Assembly (NCBI GenBank): GCA_027078545.1
Contig: JALWXN010000004.1
Span: forward strand, 14,737 to 78,736
DNA from: Nitrososphaeria archaeon
Lineage (GTDB): Archaea; Thermoproteota; Nitrososphaeria; Geothermarchaeales; JDFR-13
Direction of reading: 5' to 3'
Length of the DNA: 64,000 bases
Shown: positions 39,450-48,928 of the stretch, one piece after another
How positions within the stretch are numbered: the stretch's first letter is position 1
How the letters are laid out: each line of letters opens with the position of its first letter
The notes under the pieces: generated by a model
What the model was told of the DNA's origin: nothing
Seen by the model: only the letters and a program-made list of their open reading frames with translations
Database searches by the model: none
Program-made: the position numbers and the translations under genes

Positions 39450-40313
39450 ATGAACCCCCTAGGCTATATTATACCCATGACAGAACTGGAACAGATATCC
39501 ATAGAAGACGCTGTGATAAAGAAAGAGGTGCCTATACTAGAAGGCGACGCAACACTAAGAACCCTGGTAAACAACATGGTTAGAAACAAGGTCTCCACAG
39601 CCATAATGATCGACGGTGATAAGCAACAGGTCATAACCACCCATGACTGCGCAGAGCAGATCGTAAAGAACATATGGGATCTAGACGTAATCGTAGATAG
39701 GCTTGCCCTAAGAGACATGTTCAACAAATACGCTGAGACAACGATACTAACCTTCGACAAACCAGTCAAGGAGGCGGTGAATGCCCTCCTAACCTACAAG
39801 AGAAACTTCGTGGTAGAGGAGGACGGGACATACTACGAGATAACAGCGGAGGACATGCTCCCACTATTCATAATATGGGAAGACTACATCAACGAGAAAC
39901 CAATAAAGGAGGCGATGAGCACCCAATTCGTAAAGGTGCCGCCCACACAGTCGGCGGCCTCCACATACGAGAAATACGCCTCCAAAAACCTAACAGCGGC
40001 TGTAGTAACAAACCCCGCACACCAGCCTATAGGCATAGTCACCAATAGAGACTACACAGTCTCCTACCAAGAACTCCTAAACCAGGTAACCAAGATCAGA
40101 AGGGAGAGGGACATGAAGATCCCCGTAGAAGTAGTGATGAAGAGAGACGTAATATTCGAGTTCCAGGAAGACCCACTATCCACGGCGATAAACACGATGG
40201 TCGAGAACGACATTGGACACGTACCCATAGTAAACGAGGACGACGAGACCGTGGGAATGATATATAAGTACACACTTCTCCAACTAATGGTGAAGCTAGA
40301 TGAAGGCACTTGA
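39450..40313 (+). CDS. CBS-domain protein (tandem CBS pairs)
   Basis: Repeated hydrophobic-G-hhh CBS beta-alpha-beta-beta-alpha units (GIVTNRDY, VPIVNEDDETVGMI). Confidence 0.6.
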   Translation: MNPLGYIIPMTELEQISIEDAVIKKEVPILEGDATLRTLVNNMVRNKVSTAIMIDGDKQQVITTHDCAEQIVKNIWDLDVIVDRLALRDMFNKYAETTILTFDKPVKEAVNALLTYKRNFVVEEDGTYYEITAEDMLPLFIIWEDYINEKPIKEAMSTQFVKVPPTQSAASTYEKYASKNLTAAVVTNPAHQPIGIVTNRDYTVSYQELLNQVTKIRRERDMKIPVEVVMKRDVIFEFQEDPLSTAINTMVENDIGHVPIVNEDDETVGMIYKYTLLQLMVKLDEGT

Positions 40314-41097
40314 CCTGGTAGAGAACAACTACCCTAGACACAGGAAGGAGGAGCGGATAAAGACGATACTAGACTCCATGTATAAGAACAGGGTAGACAG
40401 GGTACTAGTCCTAAGAGACTCAGAAACACTATATGGAATAGCGACCGAGTGGGACATATTCCACAAGCTCTCCACAATAAAGAAGGTCCCCGACCAGCCC
40501 TACGACCTACCACTAGCCAGCGTAGCCACATACCCAGTAGACACCCTACCCCCAGAGACACCTGTAAAGACGATAATCAACCAATTCCTCCTAAAGGAGT
40601 ACAGCAGCATACCGATACTCGATGAGAACCAAATCTACGGACTCGTAACCAAGAGAGGAGTCATATCAGCCCATCTAGACAAGATAAGGAGGATAGACAA
40701 GGAAGTCATAGAGATAACGGTTAAGGCCAAAGGACGCATAGAACCATTCAAATCCCTCAGAAACGCGGAGAACAAGCTCCGCCTAGGCGGGTACAGCACA
40801 TTAATAGTCCACGAAGACGGCAGATACATAGGAGTCGTAACCGCCCTAGACATAGCCAAAGAAATACTGAAGATAAGGAAGACCTACCCAAAGAAGGATT
40901 GGGACAACCAGATCTCAAAGCTACACGTGGCAGACGTCATGAGAAGGGACTACGCCACCCTATCCCCAACCGACCCAGTATACAGAGCCGCAGAGATAAT
41001 GGTTGAGAGGAACCAGAAGATCATACCCATAGTCGAGGGAGACAAACTCATAGGGATAGTAACGAGGAGACACGTATTAAACCTCATCAAGGAGTAG
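40300..41097 (+). CDS. CBS-domain protein (tandem CBS pairs), paralog of the upstream gene
   Basis: IPILDENQIYGLVTKRGV, IVHEDGRYIGVVTALDI and IPIVEGDKLIGIVTRRHV are CBS signatures. It overlaps the upstream CBS gene by 14 nt. Confidence 0.65.
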   Translation: MKALDLVENNYPRHRKEERIKTILDSMYKNRVDRVLVLRDSETLYGIATEWDIFHKLSTIKKVPDQPYDLPLASVATYPVDTLPPETPVKTIINQFLLKEYSSIPILDENQIYGLVTKRGVISAHLDKIRRIDKEVIEITVKAKGRIEPFKSLRNAENKLRLGGYSTLIVHEDGRYIGVVTALDIAKEILKIRKTYPKKDWDNQISKLHVADVMRRDYATLSPTDPVYRAAEIMVERNQKIIPIVEGDKLIGIVTRRHVLNLIKE

Positions 41098-41119
41098 AAA
41101 ATATATTTTTTGGAGCACC

Positions 41120-41599
41120 ATGGAGCCACCCAAATTCCTAGCAGACCACATGAACGGAGACATAGCAAGATGGCTCAGAATAATGGGATTCGACTGCGAA
41201 TACCCACCACCAGCGGCGACAGACGACGAGATACTAGCACAGGCAGACAGAGAGTCAAGAGTAGTGATAACCTCGGATAGAGAGCTATACTCAAGAGCCC
41301 GGAGAAGAGGCCTCAACGCAGTACTACTGGTCGACGCCCCCCTCGAGCAGAAGATAGCTAAGATCCTAAAAGACCTACATATAGAGACCCTCTACGGAAC
41401 CCTCTCACCCCGCTGCACAGCCTGCAACGGAGAACTTGAGAGGGTCCATACACTAGACGTAAGGGACCAACTACCAAAGAAGCTGATGAGGACATTTAGA
41501 TATATCCATAGATGCAAGAGATGTGGAAGACTCTACTGGGAAGGAACACACTGGAAAAACATCAAGGAGACACTTAGAAAGATAGCTAGCAATCTATAA
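41120..41599 (+). CDS. Mut7-C / DUF82 protein (PIN-like RNase domain plus C-terminal zinc ribbon)
   Basis: The N-terminus FLADHMNGDIARWLRIMGFDCEY matches the Mut7-C/DUF82 (MLGxLARWLRxLGYD) signature. C-terminal CTACNGEL...CKRCGRLYWEGTHW. Confidence 0.6.
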   Translation: MEPPKFLADHMNGDIARWLRIMGFDCEYPPPAATDDEILAQADRESRVVITSDRELYSRARRRGLNAVLLVDAPLEQKIAKILKDLHIETLYGTLSPRCTACNGELERVHTLDVRDQLPKKLMRTFRYIHRCKRCGRLYWEGTHWKNIKETLRKIASNL

Positions 41600-41659
41600 T
41601 CACACCTATCAAAGGGTCACACCACCCTTATTACACATGAAACAAAATGATTCTTTTAG

Positions 41660-44600
41660 ATGCAGATGAAACCATATATAAAGAGGGTAGAGATACACAA
41701 CTACAAGACACATAAAAACACGAGACTCATATTCTCACCAGGCATAAACAGCATAGTCGGCCCCAATGGAGCTGGGAAATCCAATATCGTACAGGCCATC
41801 CTATTCTGCCTAGGAGAGAGAAGCCCCAAAAACCTAAGAGTATCAAGCTTCAACGAGATCGTATACAACTTCCGCAAAGACCTAGACGTATCGGTCACCC
41901 TAACAATAGTGGATAGCAAGGGGGAGGAACACAGATTCAAAAGAATATATTCACCCAGGAAGGGTGAACACATATACCGCTACAACGGTAAGAGGGTATC
42001 AAGAACAGCCTACCTACTAAACCTCCTCAAACTAGGCACAAACGGGTTGAAACACGTCTACATCAAACAGGGAGACATAACCAGATGGGCAGACGCAACC
42101 CCAAAAGACATAAAAGAGATGATACATGAGGCCCTAGGCCTCAAAGAATACAACCAGAGACGCAGAGAAGCCCTTGAGAGACTAGCCGAGGCCGAGAAGA
42201 AGCTAGAATCAGTGCAGGCCCAGTACCTGAGGATGCAGGAAATAGTATACACATTCAGAGACCACATGGTTAGCTACGAGACGAGCCAGACAGCCACCTA
42301 CCTAAAAAACACACTCGAACACACTATCACCAAAATGCTTCTTAAAGAGAAGGAGGAGCAGCTGACTAGGCTCAAAAAGAGGAAGGCCAAGATCGACAAG
42401 ATATACACAAGAATCGTGAGGCTGGAGGACCAGGTTAGCCAGAAGATCAGCGACTACATAGAGAAATACTCCGAAGCCACAAATAGACAGACCGAGATAA
42501 ACACCGAGATAAACAGGCTAAACACAGAGATCATAAACCTACTCAACGAGGAGAACAGACTAAAAGACAAGATAAGGAGGGCTAAGATAAACGAGATAAA
42601 CACGAAGATAGAGTTTCTGAAGAAGGAGATAAAGAAGATTAGAGAGGAGACAAGAGAGGAGGCAAAGACACTGAGAGAAGAACTCCAGAGCCTCAAGACA
42701 ATTGAAAAGGAGGCCGAAAAGCTAAGAAAAGAGATAAATAAACTCGACACCAAGATAACAGAGCTGGAGAAACTGGAGGAAGAAATAATAAAACAGGAGG
42801 CCGAAAAACTGGAGGAATACCGCAGAATCATCAATCAAGAGTCTGAGGAACTCCTCAGAGAGAAGATAAAAGAGCTTAGAAAGAGGGAGTACGAGGAGGA
42901 ACTAAGAGAGCTACGTAGAAGGATGGAGGTCTACCAAAGGACGATCAAAGAGCTTAGGAGGCGGAGGGAGGATACACTCAACAAGCTGAAAAGTTTGAGG
43001 GAGGAGCTAGAGAGACATAGAAAATCAATGAGGGAGACGGAGAGAAGACTGAAGAAGACTAGTAACGAGGTTAGGAATGCCTATAAACTCCTAAGAAAGC
43101 TGGAGAATATACTGGACAACCTGACCAGAGACAAACAGGCAGAGGTGAAATACTATAACGACTCCAGCAAAGTACTAGAGGCCACAAAAACACTCAGACT
43201 ACCAGGAGTCTACGGCATACTATCAGAGATGGTGAAAGGCCCACCCAAGATCCTACGCCTAATAAGAGACCTAGACCTCAGGAGCTGGTACGCCATAATT
43301 GTTAAGGATAGAGACACCGCCCTAAGAGTAGCCGAGATAGCCAACGAACTCGAGAAGGACATATCCATACTAACAGCAGACGGAGCTATGGATAAGACAC
43401 TACCTGACAACTCCGTGATATACCTCCTCAAATACCCAAAGAAGATAGAGAACATAGTCATCAACCTCTACGGAGACATAGAGACAGTAGCCACACTAGA
43501 AGAGGCACTGGAAAAGACATCTAAAGGCGCCAGAACAATACACATAGACGGAGAATTCCTACTCCACCCCCGCGGCTACATACGAACAACAGGGATACTG
43601 GTTAAGCTACCAAAGGATGTAGAGACACTAAAGACCATAAGAGACAAGTTCAGAAGAGTGATACAGAGGAAAGAGGAGGAGCTAGCTGACCTAGAGGCCA
43701 AGCTGAGGGAGCAGCAGAGGGAAGAGAACAAGATTATGGGGAGGATAATCTCAACCCAACTAACCATAAAATACATAGACAGAAACATCAAACTACTCAG
43801 CGACATAACCAAGAGACTTAGAGAGAAGGAGAAGAGAATAAAGGAGGAGCTTAGCAAAGAAAAGAGAGAGACAAAGAGGGAGAGGAGGGAGGCAAGCCTG
43901 ACATCACAGATAGAGGAGGTCAGAAGACGGATAGCCGAGCTAAAGAGCCGTAGAGAGGAGCTGAAAAAAGAACTCTCCGAGCTAGAAGAGGTGATCAACA
44001 GAAAAAGAGTAGCCATACAACTATTCCAAAACAACACAAGAGCCAAGAAGAACAGGATCCAGGAGTTGAAGCGGGAGATAGAAACCCTGGAGAACGAGAA
44101 ACCAGAGTTGAAAAACAAGATTAAGGAGCTGGCTAGCCAGATAAAAGAACTCGTCGATAGGAGGCTACAGTACACAAGGAAGATAAACAGCCTAAATAAA
44201 GAGCTGGAAAAGATCAAAAAGTCTCTCGAGAAGCTTGAGGAGAAGAGGAAGAAGTTGGAGGATAAACTATCCAAAATACGTGAAAAAAGAGAGAAGATAT
44301 CCTCCGTGAGGACAAAACTAACGACCAAGCTCAGCCTACTAGAGGCTGAGGTGGCAAGGCTGAGAAACACCCTGGATAAGACAGTAGCCAGAGAATTAGA
44401 GATAAACAATCTAGAAAACGCGAAGGAGCTCGTAGACAGCCTAAAGAGAGAACTAGAGGAGATAGGGGAGGTGTCCCAGATAGCTGAGAGGACATTCCTA
44501 GAACAGCTAGAACCCTATAAAAACTACAGCACCAGGAGGAGCGAACTACTCCAGGAGCGTAACGAGATACTCGAGTTCATAAGGGAGATAGACGAGAAGC

Positions 44601-45079
44601 GCCTACAGATATTCGAGGAGGGATTCCAGAAGATTAAGGAACGGTTCATGGAGATGTTCGAAACAGTATTCCCAGAATCGAAAGTCTGGATAGAGCTGGA
44701 GGAAGAGGGCAACATAGACAGTGGTATCCTAGTCTTCATAGAATTCCCAGGAAAGCCCCGCATAACCATAGCCGCCGCCAGCGGCGGGGAGAGAACGTCA
44801 ATCATTCTAATGCTCCTACTAAGCATATACTCGATAAACGAGGACACGATATTCATATTCGACGAGATAGACGCCCATATGGATCCACGGGTAGTCGACA
44901 ACATAGCCAGGATAATAAAGGCCCAGGAGAAGTATAGCCAGATAATCCTGGTTACACTGCCAGGCCACGACAGCATGATAAACATAGCCGACATAATAAT
45001 ACCAGTAACATTCACAAAGGGAGCCAGCAAAGCATTCTCTGTAAAGTCAGAACTCCTGGTGGGGGCGAGAACACCATGA
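41660..45079 (+). CDS. smc: SMC (structural maintenance of chromosomes) protein
   Basis: Walker A GPNGAGKSN at the N-terminus, long coiled coils, a central hinge (LPGVYGILSEMVKGPPKILRLIRDLD...ALRVAEIANELEKDISILTADGA), and a C-terminal signature ASGGERTSI plus Walker B IFIFDEIDAHMD. 1139 aa. Confidence 0.85.
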   Translation: MQMKPYIKRVEIHNYKTHKNTRLIFSPGINSIVGPNGAGKSNIVQAILFCLGERSPKNLRVSSFNEIVYNFRKDLDVSVTLTIVDSKGEEHRFKRIYSPRKGEHIYRYNGKRVSRTAYLLNLLKLGTNGLKHVYIKQGDITRWADATPKDIKEMIHEALGLKEYNQRRREALERLAEAEKKLESVQAQYLRMQEIVYTFRDHMVSYETSQTATYLKNTLEHTITKMLLKEKEEQLTRLKKRKAKIDKIYTRIVRLEDQVSQKISDYIEKYSEATNRQTEINTEINRLNTEIINLLNEENRLKDKIRRAKINEINTKIEFLKKEIKKIREETREEAKTLREELQSLKTIEKEAEKLRKEINKLDTKITELEKLEEEIIKQEAEKLEEYRRIINQESEELLREKIKELRKREYEEELRELRRRMEVYQRTIKELRRRREDTLNKLKSLREELERHRKSMRETERRLKKTSNEVRNAYKLLRKLENILDNLTRDKQAEVKYYNDSSKVLEATKTLRLPGVYGILSEMVKGPPKILRLIRDLDLRSWYAIIVKDRDTALRVAEIANELEKDISILTADGAMDKTLPDNSVIYLLKYPKKIENIVINLYGDIETVATLEEALEKTSKGARTIHIDGEFLLHPRGYIRTTGILVKLPKDVETLKTIRDKFRRVIQRKEEELADLEAKLREQQREENKIMGRIISTQLTIKYIDRNIKLLSDITKRLREKEKRIKEELSKEKRETKRERREASLTSQIEEVRRRIAELKSRREELKKELSELEEVINRKRVAIQLFQNNTRAKKNRIQELKREIETLENEKPELKNKIKELASQIKELVDRRLQYTRKINSLNKELEKIKKSLEKLEEKRKKLEDKLSKIREKREKISSVRTKLTTKLSLLEAEVARLRNTLDKTVARELEINNLENAKELVDSLKRELEEIGEVSQIAERTFLEQLEPYKNYSTRRSELLQERNEILEFIREIDEKRLQIFEEGFQKIKERFMEMFETVFPESKVWIELEEEGNIDSGILVFIEFPGKPRITIAAASGGERTSIILMLLLSIYSINEDTIFIFDEIDAHMDPRVVDNIARIIKAQEKYSQIILVTLPGHDSMINIADIIIPVTFTKGASKAFSVKSELLVGARTP

Positions 45080-45720
45080 GGAGAACCCCCAAATACATAC
45101 TCCTAGAGACACTAGACACCCTAAGACGGATAAACCCCTGGAGGATAAACTTGACGGAGGAGATAGAGAAGATACGCAGACTCCTGGAGGAAAGGCTAAA
45201 CCTAGTAATAGCCGGCATAGCGGCCGACAACGCCTCATACATCTACTCCAGGAAGGTAGACGAGATAGAGAAGATAGTAAAGACACCACTCAAACCCCTA
45301 ACCATCAGGGAAGAGAGACTAATAGAGCCTACAGACCTCCCACCAGTACAGATCAACTACCCACCACAGAAATACATGATAGACATATCCGACCTACTAG
45401 ACAAACTAGAGGAGATACTGGAGAAAGAGGTGGCCAAGAAGATAAGCGAGACAGACCTCGAGATAAGCTCCGAGGAGATCCTCAGATACACGGAGGAGGA
45501 GATAAGGAGGGCCGAGGACTTCATACTAAACATCCTACTAGACACAGGAGAAACCCTATTCACAACACTCATAAGAGAAGCCCTTAAAAGCGGGAGGATA
45601 TCCCCATTATACATACTCTACGCAATACTATTCATGGCCCAGGAGGAGATAATAACACTAGAACCAATACTGGGGGAGGGAGATACCTGTGACGACATCC
45701 TCATCAGAAAAGAAGCCTGA
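45076..45720 (+). CDS. scpA: segregation and condensation protein A (kleisin ScpA)
   Basis: 214 aa with the ScpA-like N-terminus (LLETLDTLRRINPWRINLTE) and a C-terminal winged helix. It overlaps the smc stop (ATGA) and lies upstream of scpB. Confidence 0.7.
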   Translation: MRRTPKYILLETLDTLRRINPWRINLTEEIEKIRRLLEERLNLVIAGIAADNASYIYSRKVDEIEKIVKTPLKPLTIREERLIEPTDLPPVQINYPPQKYMIDISDLLDKLEEILEKEVAKKISETDLEISSEEILRYTEEEIRRAEDFILNILLDTGETLFTTLIREALKSGRISPLYILYAILFMAQEEIITLEPILGEGDTCDDILIRKEA

Positions 45721-46174
45721 TACAGGCCTAATAGAAGCCATACTATTCGCCTCACCAAGACCAGTATCAGAAGACAGACTAGCATCAATCCTAGAAATCC
45801 CGAAGAAAGAGGTTAGGAAGGTGATGGAGGACTTCATCAAGAAATTCAACAGGAAACACGAGGGGATAAAAATTGTGAGGAATAGGAGGCACTACTACAT
45901 AACCATAGAGGACAAATACCTAGACATAGTCTCCCGAATAATGGAGCCCCCACCACTAAACCAGAGACAGAAACTAGTAATAGCACTCCTCTACAAGAGG
46001 AAGGAGGCCCTACTAAGAGAACTAAGAGAGATGTTCGGGCCGAACATATATAGAGACGTGAAGAAACTAAGGAGATGGGGTTTCATATCCATACAGAGTA
46101 GGGACGGCAAGAAAAAGGTTGTACTAAGGCCAGAGGCAGAGGCCTACATAATACGCAGAAGAGGAAGATCCTAG
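45689..46174 (+). CDS. scpB: segregation and condensation protein B (ScpB)
   Basis: LIEAILFASPRPVSEDRLASIL is the ScpB N-terminal wH signature. It has two wH repeats and is 161 aa. Confidence 0.75.
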   Translation: MTTSSSEKKPDTGLIEAILFASPRPVSEDRLASILEIPKKEVRKVMEDFIKKFNRKHEGIKIVRNRRHYYITIEDKYLDIVSRIMEPPPLNQRQKLVIALLYKRKEALLRELREMFGPNIYRDVKKLRRWGFISIQSRDGKKKVVLRPEAEAYIIRRRGRS

Positions 46175-46241
46175 CAGACCCAGCCAGCAAGGTTTTTATT
46201 ACCATCCCCATAGGAAAAATTTTTAGACCCGGTGACTGGGA

Positions 46242-46634
46242 ATGGCCATAACACACTGGGACCTCCACAAGAGGAAGAAGACGGGAGCCAAGAGAAGGAT
46301 ATGGAGGAAAAAGAGGAAATATGAGCTAGGCCGCTTCCCAGCAGAGACAGTACTACACGAGGAGAGGCGGATAAGGATAATACGTACAAAGGGAGGAGGC
46401 ATAAAGGTAAGGCTCCTCAGAGACCGATACGTCAACCTATACATACCCTCCCAGAACAAGACCGAGAAAACAGAGATACTCAGCGTGTTAGAGAACCCAG
46501 CCAACAGGGAGTATAGTAGGAGAGGCGTGATAACAAAGGGAGCCATAATAGAGACTAAATATGGAAAGGCAGTGGTAACATCCAGACCCGGCCAAGACGG
46601 GGTAATAAACGCTAGACTCATAGAAGAAGCATGA
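46242..46634 (+). CDS. rps8e: ribosomal protein S8e
   Basis: HWDLHKRKKTGAKRRIWRKKRKYELGR ... VRLLRDRYVN matches S8e. Confidence 0.85.
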   Translation: MAITHWDLHKRKKTGAKRRIWRKKRKYELGRFPAETVLHEERRIRIIRTKGGGIKVRLLRDRYVNLYIPSQNKTEKTEILSVLENPANREYSRRGVITKGAIIETKYGKAVVTSRPGQDGVINARLIEEA

Positions 46635-46924
46635 GGATCAAAGACGCATACATCATCTGGCTCAACTACATAGACAGAAAACTAACAAAGAAGGAGGGTA
46701 GAAAACTCCCCAAGAACCAAGCCGTAAAATCACCATCACTAGAGGAACTGGCCAGAGCTGCCCTAAAAGCAGGTTATAGAGTGAGAGAGAAGAGGAGGGC
46801 GAGATACCCATCCTCATGGTGGATAGAGAGCGGATACATAGTGATAGACAAACCCAAAGACGAGAACAAACTCACAACCATTAAGAAAATAGCCAAGGAG
46901 ATAAGGAGGGAGAGAGGTGGATGA
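46631..46924 (+). CDS. srp19: signal recognition particle protein SRP19
   Basis: IIWLNYIDRKLTKKEGRKLPKNQAV.SPSLEELARAALKAGY matches the SRP19 consensus (iWPaYfDs.lsr.eGRrvpk..av..Pt..Ei). Confidence 0.8.
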   Translation: MRIKDAYIIWLNYIDRKLTKKEGRKLPKNQAVKSPSLEELARAALKAGYRVREKRRARYPSSWWIESGYIVIDKPKDENKLTTIKKIAKEIRRERGG

Positions 46925-47157
46925 AGAGGATAGGCAGGATACTCCACTACACTAAATACGGCGTCTTCGTAGTGGAGGCGGAGAAAGCCATAAGCCAAAA
47001 CAACACCATCTACGACGACAGGAAAAGGAAGATAGGCATAGTAGTCGATGTGATCGGCCCTATAAATAAACCGTACCTAGTCCTGAAACCACTAGTAGAC
47101 AAACCCGAGAAATATGTCGGGAAAGAGGTCTATATTATAACTAGGAGGAGACGATGA
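46921..47157 (+). CDS. gar1: H/ACA RNP protein Gar1
   Basis: MKRIGRILHYTKYGVFVVEAEK ... KIGIVVDVIGPINKPYLVLKP matches archaeal Gar1. 78 aa. Confidence 0.75.
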   Translation: MKRIGRILHYTKYGVFVVEAEKAISQNNTIYDDRKRKIGIVVDVIGPINKPYLVLKPLVDKPEKYVGKEVYIITRRRR

Positions 47158-47957
47158 TAAAGACTCCTGAGGCCTGCCCAGTATGTGGAGGAACAGAATT
47201 CATAAAAACACCTGAGGCAGGCGAGATATGCAGAACCTGTGGATACGAAGTAGAGAGAAAGACCCAAATAAGCTACAAACCACCCTACAAGAGGACGGAG
47301 GACAACGCATATATAAAGGGACCAACACTGGAGAGCCCCAAGAAGTACTATGAAAACCTCATCCAACAGGTATACGACTTGATACAGAAATACGGAGACT
47401 TGATAGGCGTCCCCCCACAAGACGTTACGGTGGCCAAGAAGATAAGCGAACTAGCGATTAGAAGGGGGAGATGGAACAAGAACTACCTAGCACTAACCTC
47501 CCTCTACATAGCGAACCGCCACAACTCGATAATAGAGATACCCCTCAGGAAGTACATAGAGACCTTCGACTGGGTAGAGAAAAAGAAGTTGAGAAGAACC
47601 ATAAGGAGACTAGTGAAGACACTAAGAGTAAACCTCAACTACCGACTAGACGAGAGGGAGATATACACCAAGTTCTACAAGGAATATGGATGGGACGACA
47701 GGGCAATACACATCATAAAAGAACTGGAGAAGGTTGTGAAGAAGAACGCTATAGCTAGAAACAAATCCCCAAAAACACTCCACGCAGCAATAGCCTACAT
47801 AGCATATAAAATAGTCTACACCGACAATGGAGAAGAATCCAGGAGACATAGGGTGACCCTGAAGAGATCAGCAGAGATATCAGGCGTCTCAGAATCAACC
47901 ATCAGAGAAGCCGTGAGAGAAATACTTAGAAAGACCGTGATAACAGTATACCTATAA
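47154..47957 (+). CDS. tfb: transcription initiation factor B (TFIIB homolog), short form (267 aa)
   Basis: N-terminal zinc ribbon CPVCGG...CRTCG, then cyclin-like helical repeats. Its position after gar1 is the conserved archaeal gar1-tfb neighbourhood. It is about 40-60 aa shorter than typical TFB. Confidence 0.65.
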   Translation: MIKTPEACPVCGGTEFIKTPEAGEICRTCGYEVERKTQISYKPPYKRTEDNAYIKGPTLESPKKYYENLIQQVYDLIQKYGDLIGVPPQDVTVAKKISELAIRRGRWNKNYLALTSLYIANRHNSIIEIPLRKYIETFDWVEKKKLRRTIRRLVKTLRVNLNYRLDEREIYTKFYKEYGWDDRAIHIIKELEKVVKKNAIARNKSPKTLHAAIAYIAYKIVYTDNGEESRRHRVTLKRSAEISGVSESTIREAVREILRKTVITVYL

Positions 47958-48042
47958 ACCGATAATTTATTAACGCCAACAACCCAATATTTTACAGAGG
48001 ATTATCAAACAACACTACTTAACCCATGGGGGAGAGGCAAAT

Positions 48043-48255
48043 TTGTCTGAAAACAACCAGTCGGAAACACCTCGAATAATTAGGAGACCCAACCCAGAGG
48101 CCAGGGTCAGGGCCATAGACTTCATAGACGGCCTCTACTGCATAATATGCTCCTACAAATCCGAGTGCTCATCCCGATACCCCAAACACCTCATAAAATG
48201 TAGATACCTCGAGGAATGGGCCCTAAGCAGGTATAGAGCCGCTGTAAAGAAATAA
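48043..48255 (+). CDS. questionable small Cys-containing ORF (TTG start); possibly non-coding
   Basis: C-x2-C-x5-C-x10-C spacing, but there is no ATG and a weak promoter context. It sits in an about 320-nt low-confidence region. Confidence 0.2.
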   Translation: MSENNQSETPRIIRRPNPEARVRAIDFIDGLYCIICSYKSECSSRYPKHLIKCRYLEEWALSRYRAAVKK

Positions 48256-48277
48256 TTATCCATGAGGAACAGCAGAA

Positions 48278-48928
48278 TTGGTGGCTATGAGAAGGAAGAG
48301 AGATGCATATACAGAGATAGCTAAGAGAGAAGGCCTCAGGAGTAGGGCATACTTCAAACTAAAAGACATCGATGAACGCTACGGGATTTTCAGGCCGGGC
48401 GACATCGTAATAGACATAGGGGCTGCACCAGGGGGATGGATAAAATACTCACTATCCAAGATAGGCTTCGACGGAAGAGTAATAGGGATAGACCAGCGGG
48501 AGATAGAGCCCTTCGAAGAGCCAAACGTAGTCACCATAAAGGCCGACATATTGAAGGAAGGGATCTTCAAATCAATAGAGGAGCAGCTAGGTGGGGAGAA
48601 GGCCGACGTAATAATAAGCGACGCCTCGCCGAATATATCGGGAGTTTATGAGGTCGATACTGAGAAGATATACGACCTAAACAAACGCGTGATAGAGATA
48701 GCCGACAGATTCCTCAGGCCTGGGGGGACACTGATACTAAAGACATTCCAAGGAAGACATGAGAGGCGCTTAGTAAACGCACTAAAGAAGAGGTTTAGGA
48801 GGATAAGCACGTACAAATCCAAGGTGTCGAGGAAGAGGAGCTCGGAGATATACTACATATGTATGGGCTTCGTCAGACCAAGGAGGAGATCTGGTCAACG
48901 AGGAAAGAGAGAGGAGCGTCAGTCCTGA
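48278..48928 (+). CDS. rlmE: rRNA large-subunit 2'-O-ribose methyltransferase RlmE (FtsJ/RrmJ)
   Basis: RSRAYFKLKDIDERYGIFRPGDIVIDIGAAPGGW ... VIISDASPNISG are FtsJ motifs. Confidence 0.85.
   Translation: MVAMRRKRDAYTEIAKREGLRSRAYFKLKDIDERYGIFRPGDIVIDIGAAPGGWIKYSLSKIGFDGRVIGIDQREIEPFEEPNVVTIKADILKEGIFKSIEEQLGGEKADVIISDASPNISGVYEVDTEKIYDLNKRVIEIADRFLRPGGTLILKTFQGRHERRLVNALKKRFRRISTYKSKVSRKRSSEIYYICMGFVRPRRRSGQRGKREERQS

Noticed and set aside
42480-42640. Apparent short tandem nucleotide repeats (gagataaac / aacacagagataaac) inside smc
   Set aside because: They encode the heptad-like EINTEINRLNTEII coiled-coil low complexity. They are not a CRISPR, minisatellite or mobile-element terminus.
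43576-44409. 277-aa antisense ORF inside smc, with others at 42454-42834 and 44524-45030
   Set aside because: These are Ser/Leu/Phe-rich mirror frames of the Glu/Lys-rich SMC coiled coil. They have no start context and no homology.
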